Shown: positions 36,531 through 48,648, counted from the first letter of the whole stretch. The stretch is 62,446 nucleotides of DNA, filler included, from Sphacelaria rigidula (GCA_964200075.2; 9 parts of 9 records of this genome joined end to end with filler, not necessarily neighbours in it), one strand, 5' to 3'. Made by a program: numbers and translations. Notes: a model not told the origin generated them from the letters alone.

Positions 36531-39500
36531 ATGTCGACTACTGAGGTACCGGAAATCGAGCCAGCAGAAACGACCGTAACCCCAGTCGTTCTAAAGGAAG
36601 AGTTGCGGCCGCCCAGTTACGGGAGTTTGTATTCTGAGGGTGCCTCTCGATCGTTTTACACGAAATACATGGAATACAAAAGGAGGGTGGAGCATGTGAA
36701 TGCAGGGGGTGCGGTGAGGCATCAGGTGATTTCTATGGCGCAACTAGTGCCTACCTTTTTGCAACGCGTCTTCGCGAGAAGGCTCCACGAAAAACATACT
36801 CTAATGCCGCTGCAGTTGGCCGCAGCGATAAAGAAGCACACAGGGCATGTGGCAGGAGCGGAGGTAGAGCTTACTCAGGCGTCCGCGGCCGTGGCGAAGG
36901 CTGTCGCAATGAACCACAAGGGGACGACCACGTGTGAGAGGGTGGAGCCCAAAATGGGTAAGTTGGAAACGTATTTTGCGATAAATCCCAACGTAGAGAT
37001 GATTTATCGTTCGTCCGATGGGAATTTCGCCCAGGCCCCGCTGCAAAAGTCACCAAAGCGATGGTGAAGGGTCTGGCACCGGCGGAATTTAAGCAGGCCG
37101 TGCTTGTACAGTTACAGCACGAAAACAATTGGAAGTCGGACCCGTATTTAGTCATGGATACCGTGGTGGATGAAGCTCAGGCATGGCGGCGGGTCGAAGT
37201 AGTCGGAAAATCATCCACTTCGTCGCCGCAGTCTTCGAGCTCGCGTAACCGCGGATCAACATCCGCAGGCAGTGCCGCCTTCAATTTTACTTGCTTTCAG
37301 TGTGGCCAGGTCGGTCATATCGCACGGAAGTGCCCAACGCTTTCTGAGGGGGAGCCTGGGCAGACGAGTGCCGCGCACCCTCGCAATCACAAAATACGAG
37401 GTAGTCGTGGTGGCGGTGGCGGCGGATCCTCCAGTGGTGGAAGTGTACAGTCGAGTTCCCAGCAGCAGCAGCAGGGGCAGCGGCGTCAGCAGGGGTCCGG
37501 TTCTGGGTTCGGTTCAGCCGCAGGGGCTGCTGCTCCGCAACGGGCGGTGCAGGTGGGACCGACCTCTCTAGTATCGGGCTCGGTGCCGGCGCCGCCGGCA
37601 GCAGAGCAAGGCGAGACGTCAGCTGCGGAGCCGGCCGGTTTTCAGCTGAAAGTTGAATCCGCTGCTGCGCCGGCCGGGGTACCGCTGCAATTTGGTTCTG
37701 CGGGCAGGGCTTCGTACCCGCCGGCGGTGCCGGTGACCCCAGCGGGGGCGTCTCTGCCTGCGTCACGCGCGCAGCCGTGGCGCCAAGTGAGGATTATGAC
37801 CCATCAGTCGGCGGAGCAGGTGCCGGTCGAGGACCAAGACAATTATGTCCCTGCCGAGTTATATCTGCCCGATCATCGGGCGCGGGGAGCTATATCGGTC
37901 AAAGCGGTGTTGGATTCAGACGCCCACTTCACGAGCATGTCGGTGCTAATTGTGGAGATGCTGGAGCGTCTACTTCCCGGCGAGCAAATCCGAATTCCGT
38001 ACTCGCTCGGGGCGCGGCAGGCTATCACCGCATCGGGGCAACGTATAAATGTGACGGAGCGTACGATTCCCCTATAGTTGGCGTTCCTGACTACTTGGGG
38101 GCCAGCAAAACTACCCCCAATATCGTTTGCGATTATGCCGGGGACGGATGGTGTTGTTCTGTTGGGCCTACCGACGCTTCGGGGACTCGGAGTCGATCCG
38201 TATGATCGGTTGTTGGAGTCCCTAAAAACGCAAATGCCGTCGCCCGGTTCGAGTGTCGAGACGCCTGCTTTTTTGGCCAGTCGCAGAGTGAGCTTGTCGG
38301 TTGATGCTATCCAGGAGGCGGGGGGGCAGGTGTCCAAAGAGCGTGATGAGGCGATGCAACGCTTGGTGGAGCGTGGCTCCGATATGTTTATGGAGCCGGC
38401 GGAAGAAGAGTCCGCGCGAAAGGCTGCGCTTGAGGAAAGCGTGACGGATGCTGTGGAAAATGGCCTCGACGTCTCAAAAGCGGAGCGCATGCGTGGCATA
38501 TTGTATCGTCACGTGAAAGCGTTTCATCGTGCGCTGAGGGGTGATCCCCCTGCGCGCGTGGAACCCATGAGGCTTGCACTGAAGCCAGGGGCGGCCGCGG
38601 TAAAGGCAAAACCGAGGAGGTATGATCCGGTAAAGTCCAGTGGGCTAGCTTCTTGCATGGGAGCTCTTGTGGCGTTTAGGTTGGTGTTCAGGAATTTACA
38701 GACGGTGTGGTCCAGTCCAGCGATGGTGGTGCCGAAGAAGGACTCTTCCCGTCTTGTCAGCGATTACGGAGCCGTCGATGATCAGGTGGAGAAGTCGCCG
38801 GGTGTCATGCCCAATCAGGAATCTGACATGATAGACCTGTTGAATGCGCGATGTTTCGGTGAGTTGGACCTCCTACGGGGGTACTGGCAGATGCCGTTGG
38901 CCGAAGAGGCGCAAGAGATATTCACAATCACGACCCCGTTTGGCATGTTTACTCCGCAGAGAGTACCGCAAGGCGTGTTGAATGCTACTTCCTATTTTCA
39001 AGGTGTTATGGTAGATCTTTTAGATGGCTTGAAATGCAAGATTTGGGTGGATGATGTCTTTTTCTTTGCGGATACCGAAGACGAACTGTTGGATACGCTT
39101 CATGCAATCTTGGCTCGCTTAGAGTGTTGGTCTGTTTGTAGCTGCCCACAAGTGTACCTTTTTTGCTAGTGAACTAGTGTGGTGTGGGAAAGTATACTCG
39201 CACGGCCGCGTCTCGCATGACCCGGTCCGCTTGCAAGGTTTGTCTGACATGCGGCGTCCAGAAACAGCCGCAGAATTAATGCAATTCCTGCACGCAATGA
39301 ACTGGTTGCGTACCTCGTTGCCACGTATGGTCGAAGTAGTGGCGCCCTTACGCGGTTTTCTAGAGGAACTCATGGTAGGGGCTGCAAGGCGCACGAAGCG
39401 GGTGGCACAAAATCGTGTCCAGCCTCGTGGACGGAGGACAGGCTGCAGGCATGGGCCGCAGCGAAGGATCTGGTGGCTCATGCCGTGACGCTATCCCATC

Positions 39501-41599
39501 CCCGCCCCGGTTGCCAGGTGCTGATGTTTCCGGATGCATCCGAGTGTCATTGGGGTAGTTTTGTACCGCAGGTGCCTAATGCAGAAATGCAACTACGGTT
39601 GCCGGTTGAAGACATGGCGCATGAACCGCTGGCTTTTCTGAGTGGTAATTTCAAGGGTTTACAGATGCGTTGGGCAACTATTGATAAGGACGGTTTTGCT
39701 ATCGTGAGCACTTTTCGTCGTCTTGAGTATCTATTGTGGAATGGCGTACACATTTCACGGATCACCGGAATCTAGCGTACATTTTCAACCCGGAGGCATG
39801 CGTGACGTCTGTGTCGAAGGCGTTGTCACAGCGATTGGAGGGCTGGAAAGGAGTATTAGGACAGTATCCGTACACGATTTGTCATATTTCGGGTAAACGT
39901 AACGCGTGGGGTGAATGACTTGCTGTCGAGCTGGGTAAATATTCCCACTTTGCCTGCGCCCGCTGTGGCTGTGTATGGTCCGTGCGAACCTCATGGCTCG
40001 ATGCCGTCCAAATCTGTTGTCCGCCAAGCGCAACGAAAAGACCTTGGGGCCAAAGATGCGGGTGTACAATCTTCTAGTCGGACGTTGGTACTGCTATCTT
40101 GTACAATGAAGGTCTGTTCCGTGTGCATATGCGTGGCCGAAACGTTTTGTGGATTCCGAGCTCTGACAAGCAGTTGCAGGTACGTTTGATGATTTGTGCG
40201 GACATGTTACAGATTTATTGGTCATGTTCCAGTCGACTGGGTTCCATTTGTCATACTTTGTCATGCTTGGTACCCGACGGGTCATACTACATTGTTTGAT
40301 TGAATCCAGCTGCCTGCCCCCTTTGGGTCAGAGTCGTTTTGGACCATACATCTCAACTAGCAAAGCACAAGTTAGCCTGTACGCCAATAATACAAGAGCA
40401 TCTACGCCATCCATGGACTGCTATTTCAGAGGATTCTGTGGTCTTCACACAATGTAAGCCTGACCTTCATGCAGCACATGTTGTGCTGCAGCCTGCGTGG
40501 TTCATGGCATTCCACCTGACCACTGGTGCGGTGGTTGACTCGCACTTGACAATATCGAACTCGATGGTTTCGATACTAGAGACTGTGTTCGGGTCTGCTA
40601 GCCCTGGTGCCCACTGAACTGGCATCTTCCTACCCAGGTCGTAGGTATCGTACCATGACAGACACGCGCGATGCCGGGTATCGTGGTGTGGCTGCGACGC
40701 TCGTGCGCTTGCAAGAGGTTTGTGTCTGGCAGGGGATAGAAACTAATGTGCGCGAATTTGTCCGCCGGTGTCTTCACCGTGCTGACTCAAGGGCGGGCGA
40801 TGTTCTTCCCCGCCCGCTCGGGGAAACGGTCCATGGGACCACGCCGAAAGAAGTCGTTCATTTTGATTTCTTGTACGTGGGCGAGAGTGGCCCGCTAGCT
40901 TCCCAAGGTTTGTCGGGGGATGATGGGTTCCGATACATTTTGATCATCATGGATGACTTGAGCAATTTTGTGGCTCTGGAACCAGTAGCCGTGTGTACTG
41001 CCAAATCGACTGCTGCGTCTTTGCTGAAGTGGTGCAATACTTTGGGGGTGCCCCGTGTGTGAGTGAGTGATACCGCCACGCATTTCAAGAATGCAATCTT
41101 GGCTCGGTTGCGCGAGGCTTTGCGCGTTGATCACCGGTTTGCGGTAGCGTGTTCTCCGTGGTCTAATGGTACGTGCGAACGCATGGTAAAGGAAGTAGTT
41201 CGTGCTCTTTGTTCTATTCTTCTCGAGCAGCGTCGAGAGGTGACCGAGTGGGCGGATGTGTTGCCCGCTGTGCAATGGGCGCTAAATACAGCATATCGCC
41301 GTCGGTACGGTAGTACGCCGTATCACGTGATGTTTAGCCGTGCCCCTCGGACGTCTTCCTCGGTGCTGGCGTCCTCGTCGGAGGGGGAATGGAAGTGTGA
41401 TGTTCTGGACGATGTTCAAATTAAGAGTGCATTGAAAGGAGTCTTGGATTTGCAAGAACGTTTTCACATACAAGTGCAGGAGCGTGTTGCACCTGAACGT
41501 GCGCGTAGACGTGAGAGGTCTTCGCCGGGGCTGGAATTGCCGACTTTCGAAGTAGGCGATTACGTTTTGATTGCACGTGTGCGTCGCCCGGGAGGTACG
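36531..41599 (+). pseudogene. gag-pol polyprotein pseudogene of the Ty3/gypsy element
   Basis: Zn knuckle CFQCGQVGHIARKC; protease AVLDSDA (DSG mutated); RT GYWQMPL, RVPQGVLNA, IWVDDV; RNase H FPDAS, LAFLSG, DHRNL; integrase VHFDFLYV, SDTATHF, PWSNGTCERMVKEV. In-frame stops at 38075 and 41060 plus several frameshifts. Confidence 0.93.
40205..40660. mobile_element. Solo LTR (456 bp) nested in the gypsy integrase
   Basis: Termini TGTTA...TGACA; 4-bp direct repeat GACA at 40201-40204 and 40661-40664. Removing it restores the frame LMICADTRDAGYRGVAATL. Confidence 0.85.
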
Positions 41600-41699
41600 N
41601 NNNNNNNNNNNNNNNNNNNNNNNNNNNNNNNNNNNNNNNNNNNTTAATTAATTAANNNNNNNNNNNNNNNNNNNNNNNNNNNNNNNNNNNNNNNNNNNN
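41600..41699. other. Artificial scaffold linker
   Basis: Identical 100-bp linker; preceding segment 6849 bp. Confidence 0.98.
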
Positions 41700-42419
41700 G
41701 AATGGGACTTCAACCTCATTTTATGTTTCAACCCCAAAAATTAGGATCGGCTGTTTATTGGAGGGCTGGAAGGGCCAGAACAAAAACAAAGCCTGTGCAT
41801 CATACGCCTGAAATTAAAACGAGAAAAACCTGCTGAATTACAGTACACGGGAGTTCTCGTTGCAGATCCAATGGATAGGTAAGCCCTGATAAGCAGGGGA
41901 AAACTCTATCCGTTAGGAAAGGAAAAAAATCTATACCGCCCTTTCCAACGACAGAAACAGGAGGGAAGTACGGTCGCTATCATTTTCCCGGGATCTCAGT
42001 TAGACTGGAGAACGATCGACTAGATAGTTTGATCGCGCGTCGACACCCCGGATCAGTTACACTAGATTCTAGGGTAGTGCGGGGCTTGAACCTCGCTTAT
42101 AACAACCTTTCCACGATCTGATCAACAGTTACAGGAGTGCAGCTTTTGAGGGGTGCTCTACTAACGCCTATTCTACTGGAAATAGAGCCCACGCGCCTCG
42201 GCTCGCACATGTACCCGTATGTTACCGAATGAGCAGCAATCAATAACAAAGCAACAAAAAAAAATGACAGGAACACCAGAACCAGAAATTCATTACCGAA
42301 ACGCACGGTACCCGAAATGTATAGCTAATTATTCACTCATTTCATCACCGCATTCCTCCCGCAATGATATTATATACCACATCACACGAGAAGAGCTACT
42401 TGTGAACGTCGATAGCTGC

Positions 42420-42620
42420 AGTCTATCTTGGTTCCTCCGTTCCAGCTCAGGGCGCTCGAGTTCCTGGTGAGATAGCTCTTTCCCGTCTCCATCTTCGTAT
42501 CGTACTCGCCAAAAGCGATTCCCATCATCATACACTTGGCGCTTTGGCCTGGCACTGCTCTAGCCTCCCCGGAAGTAGCATCTACGAGCAAACGCTTCAA
42601 AGCATCACTACGTGGGGGAG
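42420..42620 (-). pseudogene. Remnant encoding a Tudor-like motif, probably the C-terminus of a retroelement protein
   Basis: YDDGNRFWRVRYEDGDGKELSHQEL resembles the [WY].V.Y.DGD.E.L Tudor-like motif. The frame is broken upstream. Confidence 0.5.
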
Positions 42621-42684
42621 CGGGGTGCTCTGAGTGCGATGGCGGGGTCGAAGCGACTGTGGGATGACACAGGTGCAAAAGGCT

Positions 42685-43035
42685 CATGACGCAGTACGGA
42701 GAAAATAGGTTGTGGGGAATATATGGGGAACTGGGACCAAGGGAAAGATGTGGACGATGGTGAAGATAACAGATTTGTGCCAAAAGTGCGATGATGCTAG
42801 ACGGGGAAATATTGAGATATTTTGATATTTTGCAAAGAGTCGCATCAGGATGTACGTTATCACCCTTTCTACTCGAGGTATTCTTTGATGACTTGATACT
42901 AACATTCGACACGGCAAAGCAAGGGGTGAAGTTGCTGAAGAAAATAGAAACAGTGCAGCTGGCAGCAGCTAAGAGAATACTTTGATGCGGAAACGGTACA
43001 AATGGCAGCAGCTAAAATAATACTTGGGTGCAATA
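42685..43035 (+). mobile_element. Internally deleted fragment of the poly-C LINE family
   Basis: GKMWTMVK, MMLDGEILRYFDILQRVASGCTLSPFL..FDDL..AKQGVK joins directly to LLKKIETVQLAAAKRIL, skipping several hundred bp at a GGTGAAG-like microhomology. Contains a short local duplication. Confidence 0.85.
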
Positions 43036-43656
43036 AAACTAGTAAGAAGTTGGAAACAGTACCCCCTAGGTTCTCGAATCCTGTAAAACTGTAGACATAG
43101 TCATGGAGACAATGGAAAAAACAAGGCATGCTGAGTAAAATATAATAATGAGAGACGAGGTACTAAATACACGGAGACAAAGCACAGAAATGACAAAAAA
43201 ACATGACCTCACACGCATGAGTTGTACATTGATGGGTGTTGGGTGAGCCTCTAGTTCGTCTGCCATATCCTAGCTGAGTCATTATGACACGACCGGATTG
43301 TGGTACAGTAGTGAAGTCTTGCTGCAGTTGCACGGCACATACGTTTGAGAGAAAAAGGAGAGCGCGCGTTTATCTACATCGTGTAGCGATATTGTTGGCT
43401 TTTCCTACTTGTTTAGAATATTGGTCAGCGGGGCGACTAGCATGCTACGCTGCTGGACAAACTATCTAAGGTACCCGGTGGGTCTAGAAACTAATAACGT
43501 AGTTTTTCGACTATGTGGACGTGACATCTAAGCAATTGCGTTGAGTTTCGAGGGGGCTAGTTGTATGCCGGTATTATCGATCAACAGGCTAAGAAACGTT
43601 TGAGACCCTGCTGTGAAAATGCATTCACACGCAGCCATTCGGCTCACCTCTCCGCC

Positions 43657-44075
43657 CCTCTAGAATGGTAGTTATTTTTGCCCTCTGGAGGGAGGACATA
43701 ACCCATGTTCCCTCCAGAGGGACTCAGTGGATGCCCTCTGGAGAGACGGCGAGCCTCCAGAATGGTAGGTTCTTCTGCCCTCTGGAGGGAGGACATCACC
43801 CCTGCTCCCTCCAGAGGGTATCCAGGAAGTCACTCTGGAGGGACGGCGAGCCTCCAGAATCGTAGGTTTTTCTCCCCTCTGGAGGGAGGACATCACCTCT
43901 GCTCCCTGCAGAGGGTATCCGCGGAATCACTCTGGAGGGACGGAGCGAAAGAGGGGAACACTCAGCCGGGTAGGTTGTGCTGTCCTCTGGAGGGAAGGGA
44001 CCATCTCCAGTTCCCTCCAGAGATACAGAACAAACACCCCTCTAGAAGGGAGAGAGGTGGACAATACTCTGGAGG
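43657..44075. repeat. 97-bp tandem repeat with internal hairpins (3 units plus a degenerate 4th)
   Basis: Unit starts CCTC(T/C)AGAAT(G/C)GTAG at 43657, 43754 and 43851. Each unit contains CCCTCTGGAGGGA...TCCCTCCAGAGGG (one mismatch in unit 3) plus further CTCTGGAG/CTCCAGA motifs. Confidence 0.9.
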
Positions 44076-44269
44076 CAAAAGGGTAGCCAAGACTCTTCTA
44101 GCGGGATGTCGACCCCCTACATCCCGTAGGAGGCGGAGGGCATCAGCAAAACCTCCCCAGGAGTTGAAGGCGCCCCAAAGAGGCCAGTAGCATGATATTA
44201 GATTCTCTGCGCGGTTATTCGACCTCCTGACACAGCAGAAGGGACACAGCAATGCCATTTTGATTTTGT

Positions 44270-44541
44270 TAGATCGAGAGTGGATGATGCGATTGATAGC
44301 GAGAAGCGGTCAATTAACGAATGATTCGTTTCAGTTCCGAAATGTCCCTACAAGAGGCCCGACACGCTTCCTGAGGTAGCTTGCCACTGAAGCCCTTGAT
44401 ACCTCTGAGTAGGATATCGACGTGTAGCTGGAAGCACACCCCAGTGCTGGAAGCAGAAAAAAGCACGCACCAAATGAAACATTGATGAATCTAAAGTGAG
44501 TGATAAAACTCACTGTCGATCAACACTCTCTCAATCTCACG
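44270..44541. mobile_element. MITE, second copy of the 12484-12763 family
   Basis: Colinear similarity over about 270 bp, ending in CTCTCAATCTCACG. The left inverted repeat is degenerate. Confidence 0.8.
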
Positions 44542-45192
44542 AGCACATAATCACACTGTTGTCCACAGGCCAAATACTTGTGCACGAGCCCATGAACTCG
44601 AGAGCCCGCCTCCACAAGATGGAATGCGGCGCCATTCACCCACAATTCGACGAATTGCTGTCTACGCAGAGAGACGAAAAGCAGTCGAAATCTGATCAAC
44701 ACAAGAAAAAAACACACAATCCGCTGACGAAGCCAACACCTCAAACAAGACAATTGCTGCCGTGCAACGTTGGCGAACAAGGGATACACCCAGAAGACCA
44801 GCGCCACTAATGAAATGACTCATTCGAACATATGCATTGCCCCTATCCCGACAAAAGTCAGACCAAAACCTGCTGACCATCGAAATAAGCTCAAGTCTCC
44901 GGACGTTCATGTCGGTGCGCGCGTATCAGAATCCGTGCGGCATTGCAAGTCCCGACACTAACCTCCGTCATACCGAGAGAGAAAAGAAAAGCATGTACCA
45001 GTCTTGCCCCCCCCCACCCACCCGTTCCCCTTCTCATCTTTTTCGTTTTCATCTCCATGCAACGTTCCGCCTCAGGCCGCTCCCTGTAACGGACAAAACA
45101 AATCTGGAAAAATGCCTTCTTGGAGCTTCTACGTCGGTTTACTCTCTAGAAGAGAGCTAGGTGGAGATTGACACCTTAGAATGACTTACTAT

Positions 45193-45427
45193 ACTTGTTG
45201 AGGCGGTTCCAGGATATCTCGCCGTTTTCGGGTGGCTGCAGTTGTTATTCTGGTCAAGAGCGAATTTTCGTCCAAGGACGGTCAAGTCCACAGAAAAGTG
45301 GCGACTTTCCCGAGATATTACTGTTTTTGACCGTTCTTGGGCATAAATTCTTAAATTCTCGTCTGACGAAAATAAAACCTGCGGCCACCGGAAAACGGGA
45401 AGATGTCCTGGAACCTCCTCAACGAGT
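45193..45427. mobile_element. MITE (about 235 bp) with roughly 48-bp imperfect terminal inverted repeats
   Basis: ACTTGTTGAGGCGGTTCCAGGATATC...TGGCTGCAG versus CTGCGGCCACCGG...GATGTCCTGGAACCTCCTCAACGAGT. Second copy at about 48256-48476. Confidence 0.82.
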
Positions 45428-45464
45428 TGCCCCGCAAACTTGGCTGTGCGCGATTCTTGTCAAC

Positions 45465-45600
45465 CGGACCCCCTGCTGGCCGCCTCCCTCGCCGGCGTAC
45501 TCGTCGTTCTCTACGTTCACTTGGTCGACGATGTCCTTCGCGTTCTGTTTGTCGCCATGGCCGGTCTCTTCGTCAGTCTTGTCGCCGGCCGACCCGTCAT
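45465..45600 (-). CDS. Candidate acidic exon of an unknown gene
   Basis: CCCTCAG acceptor followed by GC3-rich codons reading DGSAGDKTDEETGHGDKQNAKDIVDQVNVENDEYAGEGGGQQG. No clear donor or partner exon found. Confidence 0.3.
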
Positions 45601-46414
45601 CTGAGGGCAAGTACATGCATCGGAGGCACAGTGACGAGGGGTATTGAAAACATGTTCGAATGGTATGATCAGGGCTCCTCCCCTAACGTGCACCATGTTG
45701 CGACGGCGTGTTCCAAAACCTGATCGTTCACCGTGTGTTTCAGAGGGCGCTACAACTTCTCGGAAGGGCACGATTCTACTGTTTTTAAAAGCTGTTTATG
45801 GCAGCTACGCTACAATCAGTGTGAAAACATGGATAGTATAGAGCATCTACGAACCCTTTCCGATTCTGTGCGAAGTGATGACGCCAAGAAATTCCCCCAG
45901 GACACACAAAAACCCGCAGACAAGGTCCGCCATCTTCATCAATGGCATCTGCGCCAAATGACGGGGATAATTCTGTACGTTTATTTGTCGTGCAGTCGGG
46001 TAGGAGATATGATATCGCATATTTATTACGGCCATTCTGTGCGCGGGGGAACAAAAGATGGTGGGAAATATTCGATATTTTCGCCGCTTCTACACCGGGG
46101 GGGGGGGGGGGGGGCTGTATTCATACAGAAGAAAAAACAAGACGCAATCACTGACAAGGCCATGGCCCAAGCATTTACAGGAGCAAATATTCAACGGGAA
46201 AAGGTGTAGGGGCACACAATTAGACCCCGCATGCTTATGATGCTGAACCCTCGAAGATACAGCAGAAACATTCGCCTGCCTCGGATAGTAGTGCCTTAAA
46301 TGGCAAGGGGGATCGACAAGGGAACCTTGACGGGAGAGGGATATTCGGAGCAGCACAGAGCACCAGGAAGGAACTCTAAGGTAGAGAAGAAACACCACTA
46401 CACGAGGAAAGCTC

Positions 46415-47239
46415 CAAACGTTTAGCTTAATTTGGGAGTTTTGAGCCAAAATAGGCGTTTTTATCTCAAAGCTTATAATTAGCTTGATATGCTTGACATG
46501 CTTGGTATTATGCTTGAAATGCGCATAAAACTACGATAAGGTTTTAAACACCTTCTGCAGTCAGCTGCCCACAAGCGTTTCATGTGGCGTGACTCGTCAC
46601 CAGATAGGCTGACTGGCTTTAGGCTTCAATACTCCAAACTTTCATGTTCCTACTTTGTTACGGGTCTTATCATCAAAACGTTCCATTTTATTTTCTGTAT
46701 ACATATACATGGTATTCTGTGGTTTTAAAAAATGTGACAGGAGACTCGTTCATTTTACAGCGCCAATCGGCACCGGTAGTTCGACAATTTTTTCAGTGTC
46801 GACTCACCGTAGATGATTGAGGGGGGGGGGGGGGGTCGCAGCTCGTAGCTTGTATCTTGCCGGGTGAGAGGCCTAAGGCTGCAATGCCCTGTGTCCAGAG
46901 GCTACAACACCCTGCTTCTGGATCACGTATCATGAGTGCAGTCGTGTCTGTTGCTTTCGTAAGTGGGTTAGGGTGTTGTAGGTGTGCAGGTTGCGGGCTT
47001 CAAACTCAATGACTCGTGGAAAGCTTCATTTTTCAATTAAAAATAAACATCAAAACTTCGAATGCCCATCTTGTCTTGTCCTCATGCTAGAAGGCGCGCC
47101 TCACGGGGGGATACTGCCACGACGCCACAACAAGGACGGGAATAAGGCGCATAAAGCGCGCTTAATTTGCGCTAAAAAAGATGTATTCGTTCAGAAGCTT
47201 AATTTCAAAACAAAGACGCGCATACGGAAGTAAAGCCTA
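46415..47239 (+). mobile_element. hAT deletion derivative (same family as 17432-18694) lacking most of the transposase remnant
   Basis: Colinear with 17458-17790 and 18190-18694. Right end CGCGCATACGGAAGTAAAGCCTA; the left terminus is missing. Confidence 0.82.
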
Positions 47240-48255
47240 CTTGCTGCACAACACATCACCCGAGCGAAGCACGGTCAAACAATGGCCTCCCGATAGCGGT
47301 TGTGAGGCCATCATCGCTCCTCATGCCGTTGTACGCATCTGCTCCATGTACGCTTCCTTTCTTCTAGTTCTTCGGCCTTATTTGGGGGGGGGAGGGATTA
47401 TTTGGGGTCATCTTTCGGAAATTCTGGGCCCGTTTTTTTCGTTTTTGACCCTTTTTTTTGCTTCAGCTCATCTTCGACTTCAACCAGGGCAACTACGAAA
47501 CCATTCTTCGGCTCGAAAAAAGAAAAAAGCCATCTCGGCTGAAGCCTACGGAGCACGGGCCTGAACCACAAACAGGGGATACAACAACATCTACATCTTG
47601 AGACACAACGAGGGGTGAGGGGTAGGGTCTGGCCTGGCGAATGTGGGATTCTGAAACAAAAAGACTGCACGCGGGAGGAGAATTGGCTTGCTGAGTCCGC
47701 TCATCACAAATAAAATATAAAACTGAAAGGGTGCCTTTTTTTTGGAGATTTCACGTCGTGTTGCGCTTAAAGAGAGAGCTAGGCGGAATTTGACACCTTG
47801 GAATGCGTTGCTCTCCTTGTTGAGACAGTTTTGACACACCTCTGCCTTTTTCCAGTGGCCGCATCTTTTTTCTTGCTCACACTTGCATTTTTCACGGACA
47901 CCGGCCAAGTGCACCAAAACTCCGGCGTTTTTTTTGTGGACTTCGGAGGTCGCCGAGAAAAGGTTGGACAGGGGTAAGGCAGTGGCGACCGTAAAAACGG
48001 ACAGGTGTACTGGAACCATCTCAACGAGTTCAGCAACGCATTCCGAGATGTCAAAATCCGCCCAGCCCTCTTTAAGGGATAACACGACGTCGACGCTCCA
48101 AAAAGGCACTTCCTCGGATTTTCGTTTTGTCTGATGTAAGAAGTGGCCTTACAGTGAAATATGAAAGTCCTGTGGAATTTGTTTCGGTTTTTCTACGCCG
48201 TTTGACGGCCTGAAGATATAGCTTGGTCCAGTCTGACTTGGAATGGCTTGCTCTT

Positions 48256-48476
48256 CATGTTGAGGCGGTTCGAGGACATCTTCGCGTTTTCCGGCGGCCA
48301 CACTTTTAATTTTTGCGAATTCAGCATCATTGTCCAGAGGCGGTCAAGTCCAGAAACAAATGGCAGTTTCCTCTAGATTTGACCGTCTTCTCGGACAAAA
48401 ATGAAAAGTTTGGTAAACAAAAAGAGTGCGGCCGCCGGACAACGCAAAGGTGTCCGGGCATCATCTCAGCGAGTAG
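48256..48476. mobile_element. MITE, second copy of the 45193-45427 family
   Basis: TGTTGAGGCGGTTCGAGGACATCTTCGCGTTTTCCGGCGGCC ... GGCCGCCGGACAACGCAAAGGTGTCC; shared interior CGGTCAAGTCCA. Confidence 0.78.
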
Positions 48477-48548
48477 AGAGAGTTAACAGCCGATTTTCGA
48501 AAATGGGGTTGAAAAAAAAAATGAGGTTCAACTCAAAAGCCGTGCTTT

Positions 48549-48648
48549 NNNNNNNNNNNNNNNNNNNNNNNNNNNNNNNNNNNNNNNNNNNNTTAATTAA
48601 TTAANNNNNNNNNNNNNNNNNNNNNNNNNNNNNNNNNNNNNNNNNNNN
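48549..48648. other. Artificial scaffold linker
   Basis: Identical 100-bp linker; preceding segment 6849 bp. Confidence 0.98.

Larger units (their letters stand above)
35958..41599 (+). mobile_element. Ty3/gypsy LTR retrotransposon, disrupted and cut at the 3' end by the scaffold boundary
   Basis: Domain order is gag-protease-RT-RNaseH-integrase. The non-coding 35958-36530 segment begins exactly where the LINE breaks and is the putative 5' LTR/leader; its boundaries and primer-binding site are uncertain. Confidence 0.93.

Noticed and set aside
43657-44075. CRISPR-like array (palindromic repeats with intervening sequence)
   Set aside because: The whole 97-bp unit repeats, so the apparent spacers are homologous to each other. 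There are no cas genes and the context is eukaryotic.
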